Shown here one piece after another: positions 1-7,771 of a stretch of DNA of 12,331 nucleotides. The stretch lies in IMG/VR virus record IMGVR_UViG_2675903368_000015; one strand, 5' to 3'. The notes under the pieces are model-generated. The model was not told the origin of the DNA. It worked only from the letters and a program-made list of their open reading frames with translations, and ran no database searches. The translations under genes were made by a program, and so were the position numbers. Source of the DNA: a virus (Duplodnaviria; Heunggongvirae; Uroviricota; Caudoviricetes). Positions within the stretch are counted from its first letter, which is position 1, and each line of letters starts with the position of its first letter.

Positions 1-276
1 GTGGCTTCTGTTTCTATCAGCTGTCCCTCCTGTTCAGCTACTGACGGGGTGGTGCGTAACGGCAAAAGCACCGCCGGACATCAGCGCTATCTCTGCTCTC
101 ACTGCCGTAAAACATGGCAACTGCAGTTCACTTACACCGCTTCTCAACCCGGTACGCACCAGAAAATCATTGATATGGCCATGAATGGCGTTGGATGCCG
201 GGCAACCGCCCGCATTATGGGCGTTGGCCTCAACACGATTTTCCGCCATTTAAAAAACTCAGGCCGCAGTCGGTAA
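1..276 (+). CDS. insA: IS1 InsA (transposition inhibitor, DNA-binding)
   Basis: 91-aa product [39 protein letters not shown]... with Cys-rich N-terminus and HTH region, ending HLKNSGRSR; GTG start, stop at 274..276. Confidence 0.9.
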   Translation: MASVSISCPSCSATDGVVRNGKSTAGHQRYLCSHCRKTWQLQFTYTASQPGTHQKIIDMAMNGVGCRATARIMGVGLNTIFRHLKNSGRSR

Positions 277-698
277 CCTCGCGCATACAGCCGGGCAGTG
301 ACGTCATCGTCTGCGCGGAAATGGACGAACAGTGGGGATACGTCGGGGCTAAATCGCGCCAGCGCTGGCTGTTTTACGCGTATGACAGGCTCCGGAAGAC
401 GGTTGTTGCGCACGTATTCGGTGAACGCACTCTGGCCACACTGGAGCGTCTTCTAAGCCTGCTGTCGGCCTTTGAGGTCGTGGTATGGATGACGGATGGC
501 TGGCCGCTGTATGAATCCCGCCTGAAGGGAAAGCTGCACGTAATCAGCAAGCGTTACACTCAGCGAATTGAGCGGCATAACCTGAATCTGAGACAACATC
601 TGGCAAGGCTGGGACGGAAGTCACTGTCGTTCTCAAAATCGGTGGAGCTGCATGACAAGGTCATCGGGCATTATCTGAACATAAAACACTATCAGTAA
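195..698 (+). CDS. insB: IS1 insB reading frame; the transposase is made as the InsAB' fusion by -1 frameshifting from insA
   Basis: 167-aa ORF in the -1 frame relative to insA, overlapping its 3' end; sequence ...[28 protein letters not shown]...[15 protein letters not shown] matches IS1 InsB. Confidence 0.85.
   Translation: MPGNRPHYGRWPQHDFPPFKKLRPQSVTSRIQPGSDVIVCAEMDEQWGYVGAKSRQRWLFYAYDRLRKTVVAHVFGERTLATLERLLSLLSAFEVVVWMTDGWPLYESRLKGKLHVISKRYTQRIERHNLNLRQHLARLGRKSLSFSKSVELHDKVIGHYLNIKHYQ
252..258 (+). promoter_or_regulatory. IS1 programmed -1 ribosomal frameshift heptamer A-AAA-AAC
   Basis: Sequence ttaaaaaactc; in the insA frame the codons are TTA AAA AAC, so the heptamer at 252..258 sits exactly where the insB frame overlaps. 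This is the known IS1 recoding signal. Confidence 0.8.
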
Positions 699-798
699 GT
701 TGGAGTCATTACCCAACAGTTTTATCAGGACCTACGATATATTATATAACAACAAGCCGCCCATTACCCAATATGAGGGTATTAGCGGCAATGTAAAA

Positions 799-1293
799 TC
801 AGAACAGTCCTTTAACTGAACTGGCCACGCTGTTAAGGGATGATGTGACCTTATCTTTGAAGCCGGACAGCATATCACTGAACGATGAGGATTGCAGACG
901 CTCCCGCAAATCCTCATCACAGCGTTCAAGGGTCAGTGAAAATTCTATCTTTTTCGCCTTACCGTAGCGATCAAACTCGGAACGGGTCGTATTCGTTTCA
1001 GTCAGTACATACATGCCGTAAATCTGCCCGACACCATCAATCAGAGGCCAGGGGCGTCCTGTATATGCCTGTGTGGTCAGCAACGAAAGCGACACTTCGC
1101 CACCTGTAATTTCAGGATAAAGCACGCCGGAAAGCACGATGCGATCATCACCTGCGCCGATATACTGCCAGCTTGCTGAACGGTTAACGCGTTCATTTTT
1201 CACATGCCGCCAGCTTTTGTTTTGCTGTAACTGCTGATGCGGCAATGTGCGCAGCTCAAAAACAAACATGCCGTAGATCATCATCATGGCCAT
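799..1293 (-). CDS. U: P2 gpU-like tail protein
   Basis: 164-aa product with ...SWRHVKNERVNRSASWQYIGAGDDRIVLSGVLYPEITGG...TGRPWPLIDGVG... resembling P2 gpU as I recall it; lies directly downstream of the tape measure gene on the same strand, as U does in P2. Confidence 0.75.
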   Translation of the reverse strand: MAMMMIYGMFVFELRTLPHQQLQQNKSWRHVKNERVNRSASWQYIGAGDDRIVLSGVLYPEITGGEVSLSLLTTQAYTGRPWPLIDGVGQIYGMYVLTETNTTRSEFDRYGKAKKIEFSLTLERCDEDLRERLQSSSFSDMLSGFKDKVTSSLNSVASSVKGLF

Positions 1294-1299
1294 GACTCC

Positions 1300-4116
1300 T
1301 CAATCTTTATCGTAAAAACTGCCACGTCCGGCACGAGCACGCCGTTCCACCTCTGCCCTGACCATTTCACCGACCAGTTTCGCCAGTTCGCGGGGATTCT
1401 GCGTAACAACGTTATGCAGATGAACATGAATTTCACCGCCAAATCCGGAGACAACAGGCTCCCGGTTACGGGAAGTTGCAGGAACTGATGCCACTGGCGA
1501 TCGTATGGCCTCCGCCACCGGGCGGGAGCTGGCCGCAACAACAGGGACCAGCGCCGGAGGCAGCAGAGCCGGGACCACGGGTGTGATGTTGATTGCGGAA
1601 GCAGGCTTACTGACCTGCGCAATCTTCCGCTCCTGCCACTCCCCACGAACAGCAAGTGCGCGGGGCAGGTTCTTAAAGACAATATCGCCGGGGCCAATAC
1701 GTTTTTTTGTCTCATCAACCAGCTTACCTGTGTTATCAGCAATTTTGCTGAGTCTGCGTAGCGTGCCGGTATTGCTGTCTGTGAGCGGTTTGTTGTCTTT
1801 GGGTTTATCGCCTCCGGTGCCATTGCCATTTTCCGCAGACTTCGGCGGATTGATTTTCGCAATGTCTCCCTGAAACAGAGCAACCTTGTCCTGAAGAATG
1901 GCCGCACGCTGTGCGTCTTCGATTTTCTTTCTCGCCCTTTCCGCTTCATCCGGAAGCACACCGAGTTTTTCAAGTATCCACGCCAGCGTATCCAGCAACA
2001 TTTTTGCAGGCGTCAGAACAAGCTGTAGCGCGCCACCAAGAACGTTACCGAATATCTCGCCAGCACTGGTACATTTATCCAGCGTTTCCTTGCTGGACTC
2101 CATCGGTGACAGCAGCGATTTAAACCAGTTAAACACCTGGCTGATCCCGCTTCCGATTGCGTCAAAAACAGGACCAAACCGTTCAAAGGTTTCACGCAAC
2201 GGGGTCAGCCTTTCCATAATCCCGCCGAACACCCCGGCAAAAAATGCCCTGATGGGATCCCAGTATTTCCAGATAAGAACGGCAGCTCCGGCAAGCGCAG
2301 CCACGATAAGACCAACCGGACTGAACAGCGCCCCGATAGCGCCTCCCAGCAAAGAAACGGAACCCGTCACCATTCCCCACAGCGCAGGCAACACCCTGAC
2401 GACATTCATTGACCGGGTAAGAATGTCAAAACCAAGACGCAGGGTGGCCAGCTTCCCGTAAAGCCCCCCAATAACCAGCGACAACGAGCCAATCGTTGCA
2501 GTCATTGCCAGCAACGCACCGCCTGCTATCAGTAGCTGGCGCGTCAGTACCGGATGGGCCTGCGCCAGCGAGGTGATTTTTTCAAGCACCCGCGTGAGCC
2601 ACTGCGTGACAGAACGCAGCGGACCGTCAACCAGATCACTGATGCGAATACGAAGACCTTCCCATGCGCTATCGAGATTTTTCAGGTCCCCATCAAGATT
2701 ATCGGCCATTACTTTTGCGACGCGATCGGCCTCTCCCCTTGCCCCCTGCAATTCTCTGGTCAGTTTTTGCAGCTCTCCTGAACCAGCCGCCGCAACAAGC
2801 GTCTGCAAACCAACGAACGCCTCTTCTCCGGCGATGTCCTTGAAGAAGGAAACCTGGTCCACCTGTCCGTATTTTTGTGTCGCCTTATAGAGATCAAGCA
2901 GCACATCCTCCATCGGGCGCATTTTGCCTCTGGCGTCAGCAACTGACACTCCCAGCTCTTTCAGCGCATCAGCCGCAGCTTTTGGCGGTGATGCAAGGCG
3001 GGACAGACTTGCGCGCATGGCCGTACCAGCATCGCTTCCGCGAAGACCATTATTGGCAAGCATCCCGGCCATGGCTGCCGCTTCTTCAAGACTGATACCA
3101 AGTTTTGCGGCAACCGGACCGGTATACTTCATGGTTTCGCCCAGCGCGCGTAAATCAGTATTGGTCCGGGTGAATGCCGCTGTCAGCGTATCGCCAACCC
3201 GGTCCATTTGATCGGCTGTCAGGTTGAACTGTGTGAGGATATTGGAGCCTATATCAGCCGTCTCGCCGAGTTCGACGCCACCTGCCAGCGCCATATTAAG
3301 AACACCGGGCAATGCGGCCTGAATGGCCTGCGGAGTAAAACCAGCCATTGCCAGAAAGCTCTGCCCACTGGCGGCATCACTCGCAGTAAACTGTGTTTCA
3401 GAGCCAAGTTTTAACGCCTGCTCACGCAGCGCCTTAAACTGCGGGCTGTTTTTGTCGATTCGCGTCAGTGCCTGAACGCGGGACATCTCTTTGCCGAACC
3501 CGATCGCAGGCTGCAAAAAACGCCCGGCAGCATAGCCGCCCGCCGCTGCCGCACCAATTGCCAGTGCACCACCTGTTTTCAGTTTTCCCGCTGTTTCCTG
3601 CGCGCGCGAATACCGCTCACGCGCCCGCGTTACACGCGCAAGCGCCTGCCGTTCGCGTTCAAGCTGGTTGTTGTACTGTTCGGTGCGTCTGATGGCCTGC
3701 TGGATGGTGTTATCGCTGCCTGTCAGGGAAATGCCGTGGCGTTTCAGCTCTCCGCCAAGCTCCCGCATTTTTTGAATTTCCCGTGTGCGCGATTCATTCA
3801 GGCGTTCAAGCCGGGTGCTTAACTGCTGCATCAGCTTTTGTTGTTTTTCGCTGAGCACTGTACCCGTGCGTTGTAACTGATTAAGGGCGTTAAGCTGGCG
3901 TCGTGCTTTCACGATGCCCGCATCCGCTTTACTGACAGCGTCACGGGCGCGCTCAAATGAACGCGCCTGACGCTCGAGATTTTTGAGCGCCCCCTGCGTT
4001 CGCTGGATGGAGTCACCAAACTGCCCCATCAGGCGGCGGGCGTTTTCGGCAGGCCGGGTCAGCCTGTCAACGGCGCTGAAAGCGACCCGGATATCAAGAG
4101 TCTTCATTATCTGCAT
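1300..4116 (-). CDS. T: Tail tape measure protein (P2 gpT-like)
   Basis: 938-aa ORF with a long coiled-coil-rich N-terminal part (many Q/R/E/L heptad-like stretches), a Gly/Ala-rich hydrophobic central segment, and position between the E/E' chaperone pair and U. Confidence 0.85.
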   Translation of the reverse strand: MQIMKTLDIRVAFSAVDRLTRPAENARRLMGQFGDSIQRTQGALKNLERQARSFERARDAVSKADAGIVKARRQLNALNQLQRTGTVLSEKQQKLMQQLSTRLERLNESRTREIQKMRELGGELKRHGISLTGSDNTIQQAIRRTEQYNNQLERERQALARVTRARERYSRAQETAGKLKTGGALAIGAAAAGGYAAGRFLQPAIGFGKEMSRVQALTRIDKNSPQFKALREQALKLGSETQFTASDAASGQSFLAMAGFTPQAIQAALPGVLNMALAGGVELGETADIGSNILTQFNLTADQMDRVGDTLTAAFTRTNTDLRALGETMKYTGPVAAKLGISLEEAAAMAGMLANNGLRGSDAGTAMRASLSRLASPPKAAADALKELGVSVADARGKMRPMEDVLLDLYKATQKYGQVDQVSFFKDIAGEEAFVGLQTLVAAAGSGELQKLTRELQGARGEADRVAKVMADNLDGDLKNLDSAWEGLRIRISDLVDGPLRSVTQWLTRVLEKITSLAQAHPVLTRQLLIAGGALLAMTATIGSLSLVIGGLYGKLATLRLGFDILTRSMNVVRVLPALWGMVTGSVSLLGGAIGALFSPVGLIVAALAGAAVLIWKYWDPIRAFFAGVFGGIMERLTPLRETFERFGPVFDAIGSGISQVFNWFKSLLSPMESSKETLDKCTSAGEIFGNVLGGALQLVLTPAKMLLDTLAWILEKLGVLPDEAERARKKIEDAQRAAILQDKVALFQGDIAKINPPKSAENGNGTGGDKPKDNKPLTDSNTGTLRRLSKIADNTGKLVDETKKRIGPGDIVFKNLPRALAVRGEWQERKIAQVSKPASAINITPVVPALLPPALVPVVAASSRPVAEAIRSPVASVPATSRNREPVVSGFGGEIHVHLHNVVTQNPRELAKLVGEMVRAEVERRARAGRGSFYDKD

Positions 4117-4360
4117 TCCCGCTGCGAAGTGCCGCCCGCTCGCGCCAGCTAACCACTTCGCCGGGCGTCATCATGAAGATTTCGGCGGGCGACCAGTTAA
4201 AAATGGCGGCAATATCCGCCACCAGATCTTCGATGTGCTCAAAGCACACCAGGGTGATTACGCTGCCGTCTCCTGCACGCTCTTCGCGCCAGAGTCTGGC
4301 TCGCTCATAAAATTTACAGCCACAGCGCACAACTGAATAAAATCGCGTGACGACATTTTT
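4094..4360 (-). CDS. E' extension: -1 frame segment expected to be translated as an E+E' fusion after frameshifting near the end of E
   Basis: The -1 frame is closed by a TAA at 4361..4363 and is open from 4360 down to the stop at 4094..4096, overlapping the first 22 nt of T. The opening coincides with an A7 run on the coding strand (plus T7 at 4356..4362). Same architecture as P2 E/E+E' and lambda G/GT. Confidence 0.55.
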   Translation of the reverse strand, partial: KNVVTRFYSVVRCGCKFYERARLWREERAGDGSVITLVCFEHIEDLVADIAAIFNWSPAEIFMMTPGEVVSWRERAALRSGNADNEDS

Positions 4361-4632
4361 TTAATCATCACTTCATCCAGTCGTGGCGAGGTCACGCGAG
4401 GCAACAGCGTGAACATGGTATCCGCTTTCAGATTCAGCACATCAGACAGCGACAGACCACGCAGGGATCCAGCCTGCTCAATAGCCCCGGTGATCTCCAC
4501 ATACGTGATTTTTTCGCCACCACGCTCAATTGGTCGGGTCAGTTTTACGCCACGTTCGACAGCCATATCCTCACCTGCCGTCACATCATCCGCCACGGTG
4601 TTATTCCGGGTTTCAGTATCGATGTCTTTCAT
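4258..4632 (-). CDS. E: Tail assembly chaperone (P2 gpE-like)
   Basis: 124-aa ORF between the tube gene and the tape measure gene; strong RBS (AAGGAGA) 6 nt upstream of the ATG at 4632; a -1 frame ORF overlaps its 3' end. Confidence 0.7.
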   Translation of the reverse strand: MKDIDTETRNNTVADDVTAGEDMAVERGVKLTRPIERGGEKITYVEITGAIEQAGSLRGLSLSDVLNLKADTMFTLLPRVTSPRLDEVMIKKMSSRDFIQLCAVAVNFMSEPDSGAKSVQETAA

Positions 4633-4687
4633 CAGTTGTCTCCTTTTCAGTCAGAGGCGACGCACTGCGCCGCCTGCATATTACTTA

Positions 4688-5200
4688 TCAGCCAAGCCCA
4701 AGCGCGGAACGGATACGGTCAGGCACAATGTCCTTGCCGTCCTTCCGGTAGATGTGGTTCAACAGGTCGATTTCCCACAGCGGGCGATCGTTAACGCTCA
4801 GCTTGTAGTAGGTGTTTTTGACAGCGTAAGTGTGTGATGTGGCTTCGCCCTGTTTGGCTTCCCCCATATCAATTTCCGTCACACGTCCGCGCATCTCGAT
4901 TTCATACAGATCGCTTTCTGCATCGGTGTAGTATTCACCCGCAAAACGCAGCAGCGTGCCGTCAATCGTGCCGCCATATTTAAGGAACAGCGCACGAACA
5001 GCTCCCCCCATAACAAAACTCGCATCAAGCGCGGAGTCGTCCAGACCGAGATCAATACTTACCGCCCCCATCATGCCACCACCACGATAGCTGTCGGTTT
5101 TGCGCGTCAGTTTGGGCGGCGTGACGGATGTCACTTTACCCACTTCGTTTTCACCATCCACAAACAACGTAAAAAAGCGAAGATGTTTTGGTACAGCCAT
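4688..5200 (-). CDS. FII: Contractile tail tube protein (P2 gpFII-like)
   Basis: 170-aa product; motifs ...PKLTRK...YRGGGMMG...DLGLDD...MRGR..EID.GE.KQGE... resemble P2 FII. The start ATG overlaps the FI stop as TGATG, with a GGGAGGTG RBS inside the FI 3' end. Confidence 0.85.
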   Translation of the reverse strand: MAVPKHLRFFTLFVDGENEVGKVTSVTPPKLTRKTDSYRGGGMMGAVSIDLGLDDSALDASFVMGGAVRALFLKYGGTIDGTLLRFAGEYYTDAESDLYEIEMRGRVTEIDMGEAKQGEATSHTYAVKNTYYKLSVNDRPLWEIDLLNHIYRKDGKDIVPDRIRSALGLG

Positions 5201-6384
5201 CAGGCACCTCCCAGCACCGCAAATGCGGGACCAAAGAATTCATCAGTAAACGTCTGGTAAAGCTCCATGTCTTCCAGTGGCGGAACGGGCGTATATTTGT
5301 AGCGAATACGCACACGCCCCTGACGTAAATCCGTGGTGCCGTTATCCACCACGTCATACCAGCACTCCGCGCCAATCAGTTTCCCGGCAGTAACCAGCGA
5401 ATCCAGTTTTGCCCTGATGGCACTGATAACATCCTTCACGTTCGCAGGCGTCAGTGGACTGTCGATGGTTTCAAACTGCGCTTCCGCAATTGAATCAGCC
5501 AGCACCTGTGCGGTTCGGGTATACACCTCAAAGATGTAGGCGTTCGTTTCCGGTGTGCGGTTGCCCCAGAAGCGGAACCCGTTGCGACGAATAATGGTCG
5601 TGATTTCTTTGTTGTTGAGGCTGTTGGCATCGCTGTCTTCGGCCTGCAACGACCAGAACACATGCCTCGACATCCCCAGCACATTTTTAACCGGAACGTT
5701 GGACAGTGATTTGTGCCACCCCTGCTCATGGTCAATGTACGCACGAAGGCCGCACGCATAGGCAGGCGCGGGGAACGTTTCGTTTTTGCCACTTTTCGGG
5801 TTGTAGGCGATGAAGTCCGGCCATAAGAGCATCACCTCACGTTCGTTGAATTTCTGGCGATAGGTAATCGCCTCAGCCATCGTGTTACAGCCGTGACATG
5901 AGGCATACACAAACGCGCGCAGTTTACCTGCAATCACGCACAGGGATTTTGTTACAGCCTCCGTGTCCAGCTCCGGCGCGGCCAGAATACGCGGACGGTA
6001 TCCGATGCTTTCATCCTGCTCTGCAACAAGCAGCGCATACATCCCCGTATAGCTGCCGTCATCCTCAGAACCACCGATAACCAGTTGATCCTGCGTCTTT
6101 CCGTCTTCTTCTTTGTGTTCAGCCACGCGAACGACGATCACCTTTGTGCTCACCTGGTCTGCGATGGCCTTAAGCGCACGATAAAGCGTCCCCGTTGTTC
6201 CGCATTTTCCCAGCACGTCATTGACGCGGGTCAGCAATGTGGGCTTGTTCAGCGGGAACAGCTTCGCGTCCGCATCATCCGCCGTTGCCACGATACCGAT
6301 AACGCTGGAATCAACATCGTTAATCGCTGTTACCAGGTCGGTATTTTCCGTAACACGGGCACCATGAAAACGAGTTTCACTCAT
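5200..6384 (-). CDS. FI: Contractile tail sheath protein (P2 gpFI-like)
   Basis: 394-aa product; motifs ...FPLNKP...KLRAF...WPDF...EQGWHK.LSNV...IRR.GFRFWGNRT...YTRTAQV...YTPVPPLE... resemble P2 FI. Confidence 0.9.
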   Translation of the reverse strand: MSETRFHGARVTENTDLVTAINDVDSSVIGIVATADDADAKLFPLNKPTLLTRVNDVLGKCGTTGTLYRALKAIADQVSTKVIVVRVAEHKEEDGKTQDQLVIGGSEDDGSYTGMYALLVAEQDESIGYRPRILAAPELDTEAVTKSLCVIAGKLRAFVYASCHGCNTMAEAITYRQKFNEREVMLLWPDFIAYNPKSGKNETFPAPAYACGLRAYIDHEQGWHKSLSNVPVKNVLGMSRHVFWSLQAEDSDANSLNNKEITTIIRRNGFRFWGNRTPETNAYIFEVYTRTAQVLADSIAEAQFETIDSPLTPANVKDVISAIRAKLDSLVTAGKLIGAECWYDVVDNGTTDLRQGRVRIRYKYTPVPPLEDMELYQTFTDEFFGPAFAVLGGA

Positions 6385-6541
6385 AGCTTCAGCCCCTTGT
6401 ATCCGTTAAATGATTCAGCAACAATCATCACCCACCACGCGCGTAATCTCACCCCTGCGCTATTCTCCCGCCACGGCGACAACAAAAAGCAGTAACCCCC
6501 TCCGCACGCACATGCGACCATGCCGCACAGGGAGGGAACAG

Positions 6542-7651
6542 ATGACCGACACCACCATGCAATTGCTCAGTCAGGGCACAGACCCCGTGAAAATGCCGGA
6601 TTTTGATATTCTCGCCGAGGGTAAAACGCTGTCCGGCGTGGCAGAACGCCTGATGAGCCTGTCACTGACCGACAACCGGGGATTTGAGGCGGACCAGCTC
6701 ACCATCACGCTGGATGATGCCGATGACCAGTTGCAGCTACCGCCACGGGGCGCGCGTCTGACGGTTCTCATTGGCTGGAAAGGGGAACCGCTGACAGAAA
6801 AAGGCACTTACATTGTTGATGAAATCGCTCACGAAGGACCGCCGGACAGGCTGACTGTTTCAGCCAGAAGCGCAGATTTTCGGGATGAATTTAATGTTAA
6901 ACGTGAGGCGTCCTGGCATGATGTGACCGTTGAACGTGTGGTATCCGCCATCGCTCATCGGTACAGCCTGAAACCGCAAATCAGCGAAATGCTGATGGAT
7001 ATCGAAATCGACCACGCCGACCAGACTGAAGAAAGCGACATGTCCTTCCTTACGCGCATGGCGGAAATGCTGGGCGCAATCACCACGGTAAAAAGCGGTA
7101 ATCTGTTATTCATCATGCCCGGCGGTGGCGTGAACGCACAGGGCCAGCCGTTGCCATCGTTCGCCATCACACGCAGCAGCGGCGATCGCCATCAGTTCCG
7201 CATTGCTGACCGCGAGGCGTATACGGGGGTACGCGCTTACTGGCTTGATCTTAATTACGGGAAAAAGAAAAAAGTCAGCGTGAAACGCCGCAAACCGCCA
7301 AAACCCAAAAAGGAGAAAAGCAGCAGCCGTGAAGGTGATTATATGGAAGGCGCGGAAGGCAATGTGTTTGTGTTACGCAAGACTTATCAGAACGAGCAGG
7401 CAGCAAGACGCGCAGCGGCGGCAAAGTGGCAGCAGCTACAACGCGGAGCCGCATTATTTTCCATCACGCTGGTGCGTGGACGTGCAGAACTCTACCCCGA
7501 AATGCATGGCACGGTAACAGGATTTAAAAGCGAGATTGATAATCAGGACTGGATTATTGCGAAAGCCGAGCACACCATTGATAACAGCGGCTTTACCACA
7601 CAGCTTGAGCTTGAGGCAAAAATCCCGGAATGGATAGCAGAAACAGAGTGA
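6542..7651 (+). CDS. D: P2 gpD-like tail/baseplate protein (phage late control gene D family)
   Basis: 369 aa from the ATG at 6542, which has a GGAGGG RBS 5 nt upstream (the track ORF extends in frame to 6410 without an obvious RBS). Motifs ...LSLTDNRGFEADQLTITLDDADDQLQLP.RGA...GW.GE...DEI.H.G.PD.L...ARSADFR...ESWHD... and a Lys-rich linker before the C-terminal ...LQRG...FSI.L.RGRA.L.PE....GFK..ID.QDW.I...H...NSGFTT.LELE are typical of this family. Confidence 0.8.
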   Translation: MTDTTMQLLSQGTDPVKMPDFDILAEGKTLSGVAERLMSLSLTDNRGFEADQLTITLDDADDQLQLPPRGARLTVLIGWKGEPLTEKGTYIVDEIAHEGPPDRLTVSARSADFRDEFNVKREASWHDVTVERVVSAIAHRYSLKPQISEMLMDIEIDHADQTEESDMSFLTRMAEMLGAITTVKSGNLLFIMPGGGVNAQGQPLPSFAITRSSGDRHQFRIADREAYTGVRAYWLDLNYGKKKKVSVKRRKPPKPKKEKSSSREGDYMEGAEGNVFVLRKTYQNEQAARRAAAAKWQQLQRGAALFSITLVRGRAELYPEMHGTVTGFKSEIDNQDWIIAKAEHTIDNSGFTTQLELEAKIPEWIAETE

Positions 7652-7719
7652 GCAACTTAGACATATTAGCTCAAACTTAAACTGGCAAGTTTACAGTATA
7701 GAATTAAACATAAACGACG

Positions 7720-7748
7720 GTCCGCTCCGTGTCAGAAGCGGACTTTGT
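7720..7748. terminator. Candidate terminator hairpin between the convergent D and 340-aa genes
   Basis: 7-bp stem gtccgct/agcggac with a 10-nt loop, followed by tttgt on the plus strand; weak U tract, so modest confidence. Confidence 0.3.
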
Positions 7749-7771
7749 CATCCCTATGTAAGGTTGATTGC

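Larger units (their letters stand above)
1..713 (+). mobile_element. IS1 insertion sequence, left end cut by the window edge (about 55 bp missing); right terminal inverted repeat ends near 713
   Basis: Translations of 1..276 and 195..698 match IS1 InsA and InsB as I recall them. The right end (691..713, atcagtaagttggagtcattacc) matches the IS1 terminal inverted repeat read on the opposite strand. The window opens at the insA GTG start. Confidence 0.9.

Noticed and set aside
732-929. 65-aa ORF on the minus strand overlapping the 3' end of U and running toward IS1
   Set aside because: Overlaps U in another frame, has no RBS, and its product is not recognisable; probably chance.
1284-3692. Numerous ORFs of 60-230 aa overlapping the tape measure gene on both strands (for example 1284..1973 minus, 1505..1873 plus, 1898..2461 plus, 2924..3211 plus)
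   Set aside because: All lie inside the 938-aa T ORF in other frames or antisense. GC-rich coding DNA generates long spurious ORFs, and none has a convincing RBS or recognisable product.
4650-4680. GC-rich imperfect hairpin between FII and E
   Set aside because: Imperfect stem and no U tract; it lies inside a co-transcribed operon, so at most an mRNA structure element and not a terminator I can support.
5151-6080. ORFs overlapping the sheath gene (5151..5375 minus, 5333..5539 plus, 5451..5792 minus, 5555..5761 plus, 5898..6080 plus)
   Set aside because: Embedded in or antisense to the well-supported FI gene; low-complexity, Arg/Cys-rich translations typical of out-of-frame reads.
6410-6541. 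In-frame upstream extension of D (track ORF starts at 6410)
   Set aside because: The ATG at 6542 has a strong GGAGGG Shine-Dalgarno at ideal spacing, whereas 6410 has none; the extension peptide is Pro/Thr/Arg-rich and non-proteinlike.
6385-6541. Ogr-type late promoter box (TGT-N12-ACA) in the FI/D divergent region
   Set aside because: No perfect TGT-N12-ACA is present. The nearest is TCT-N12-ACA at 6464..6481, at a plausible distance upstream of FI, but one mismatch in a short degenerate motif is not enough to call it.
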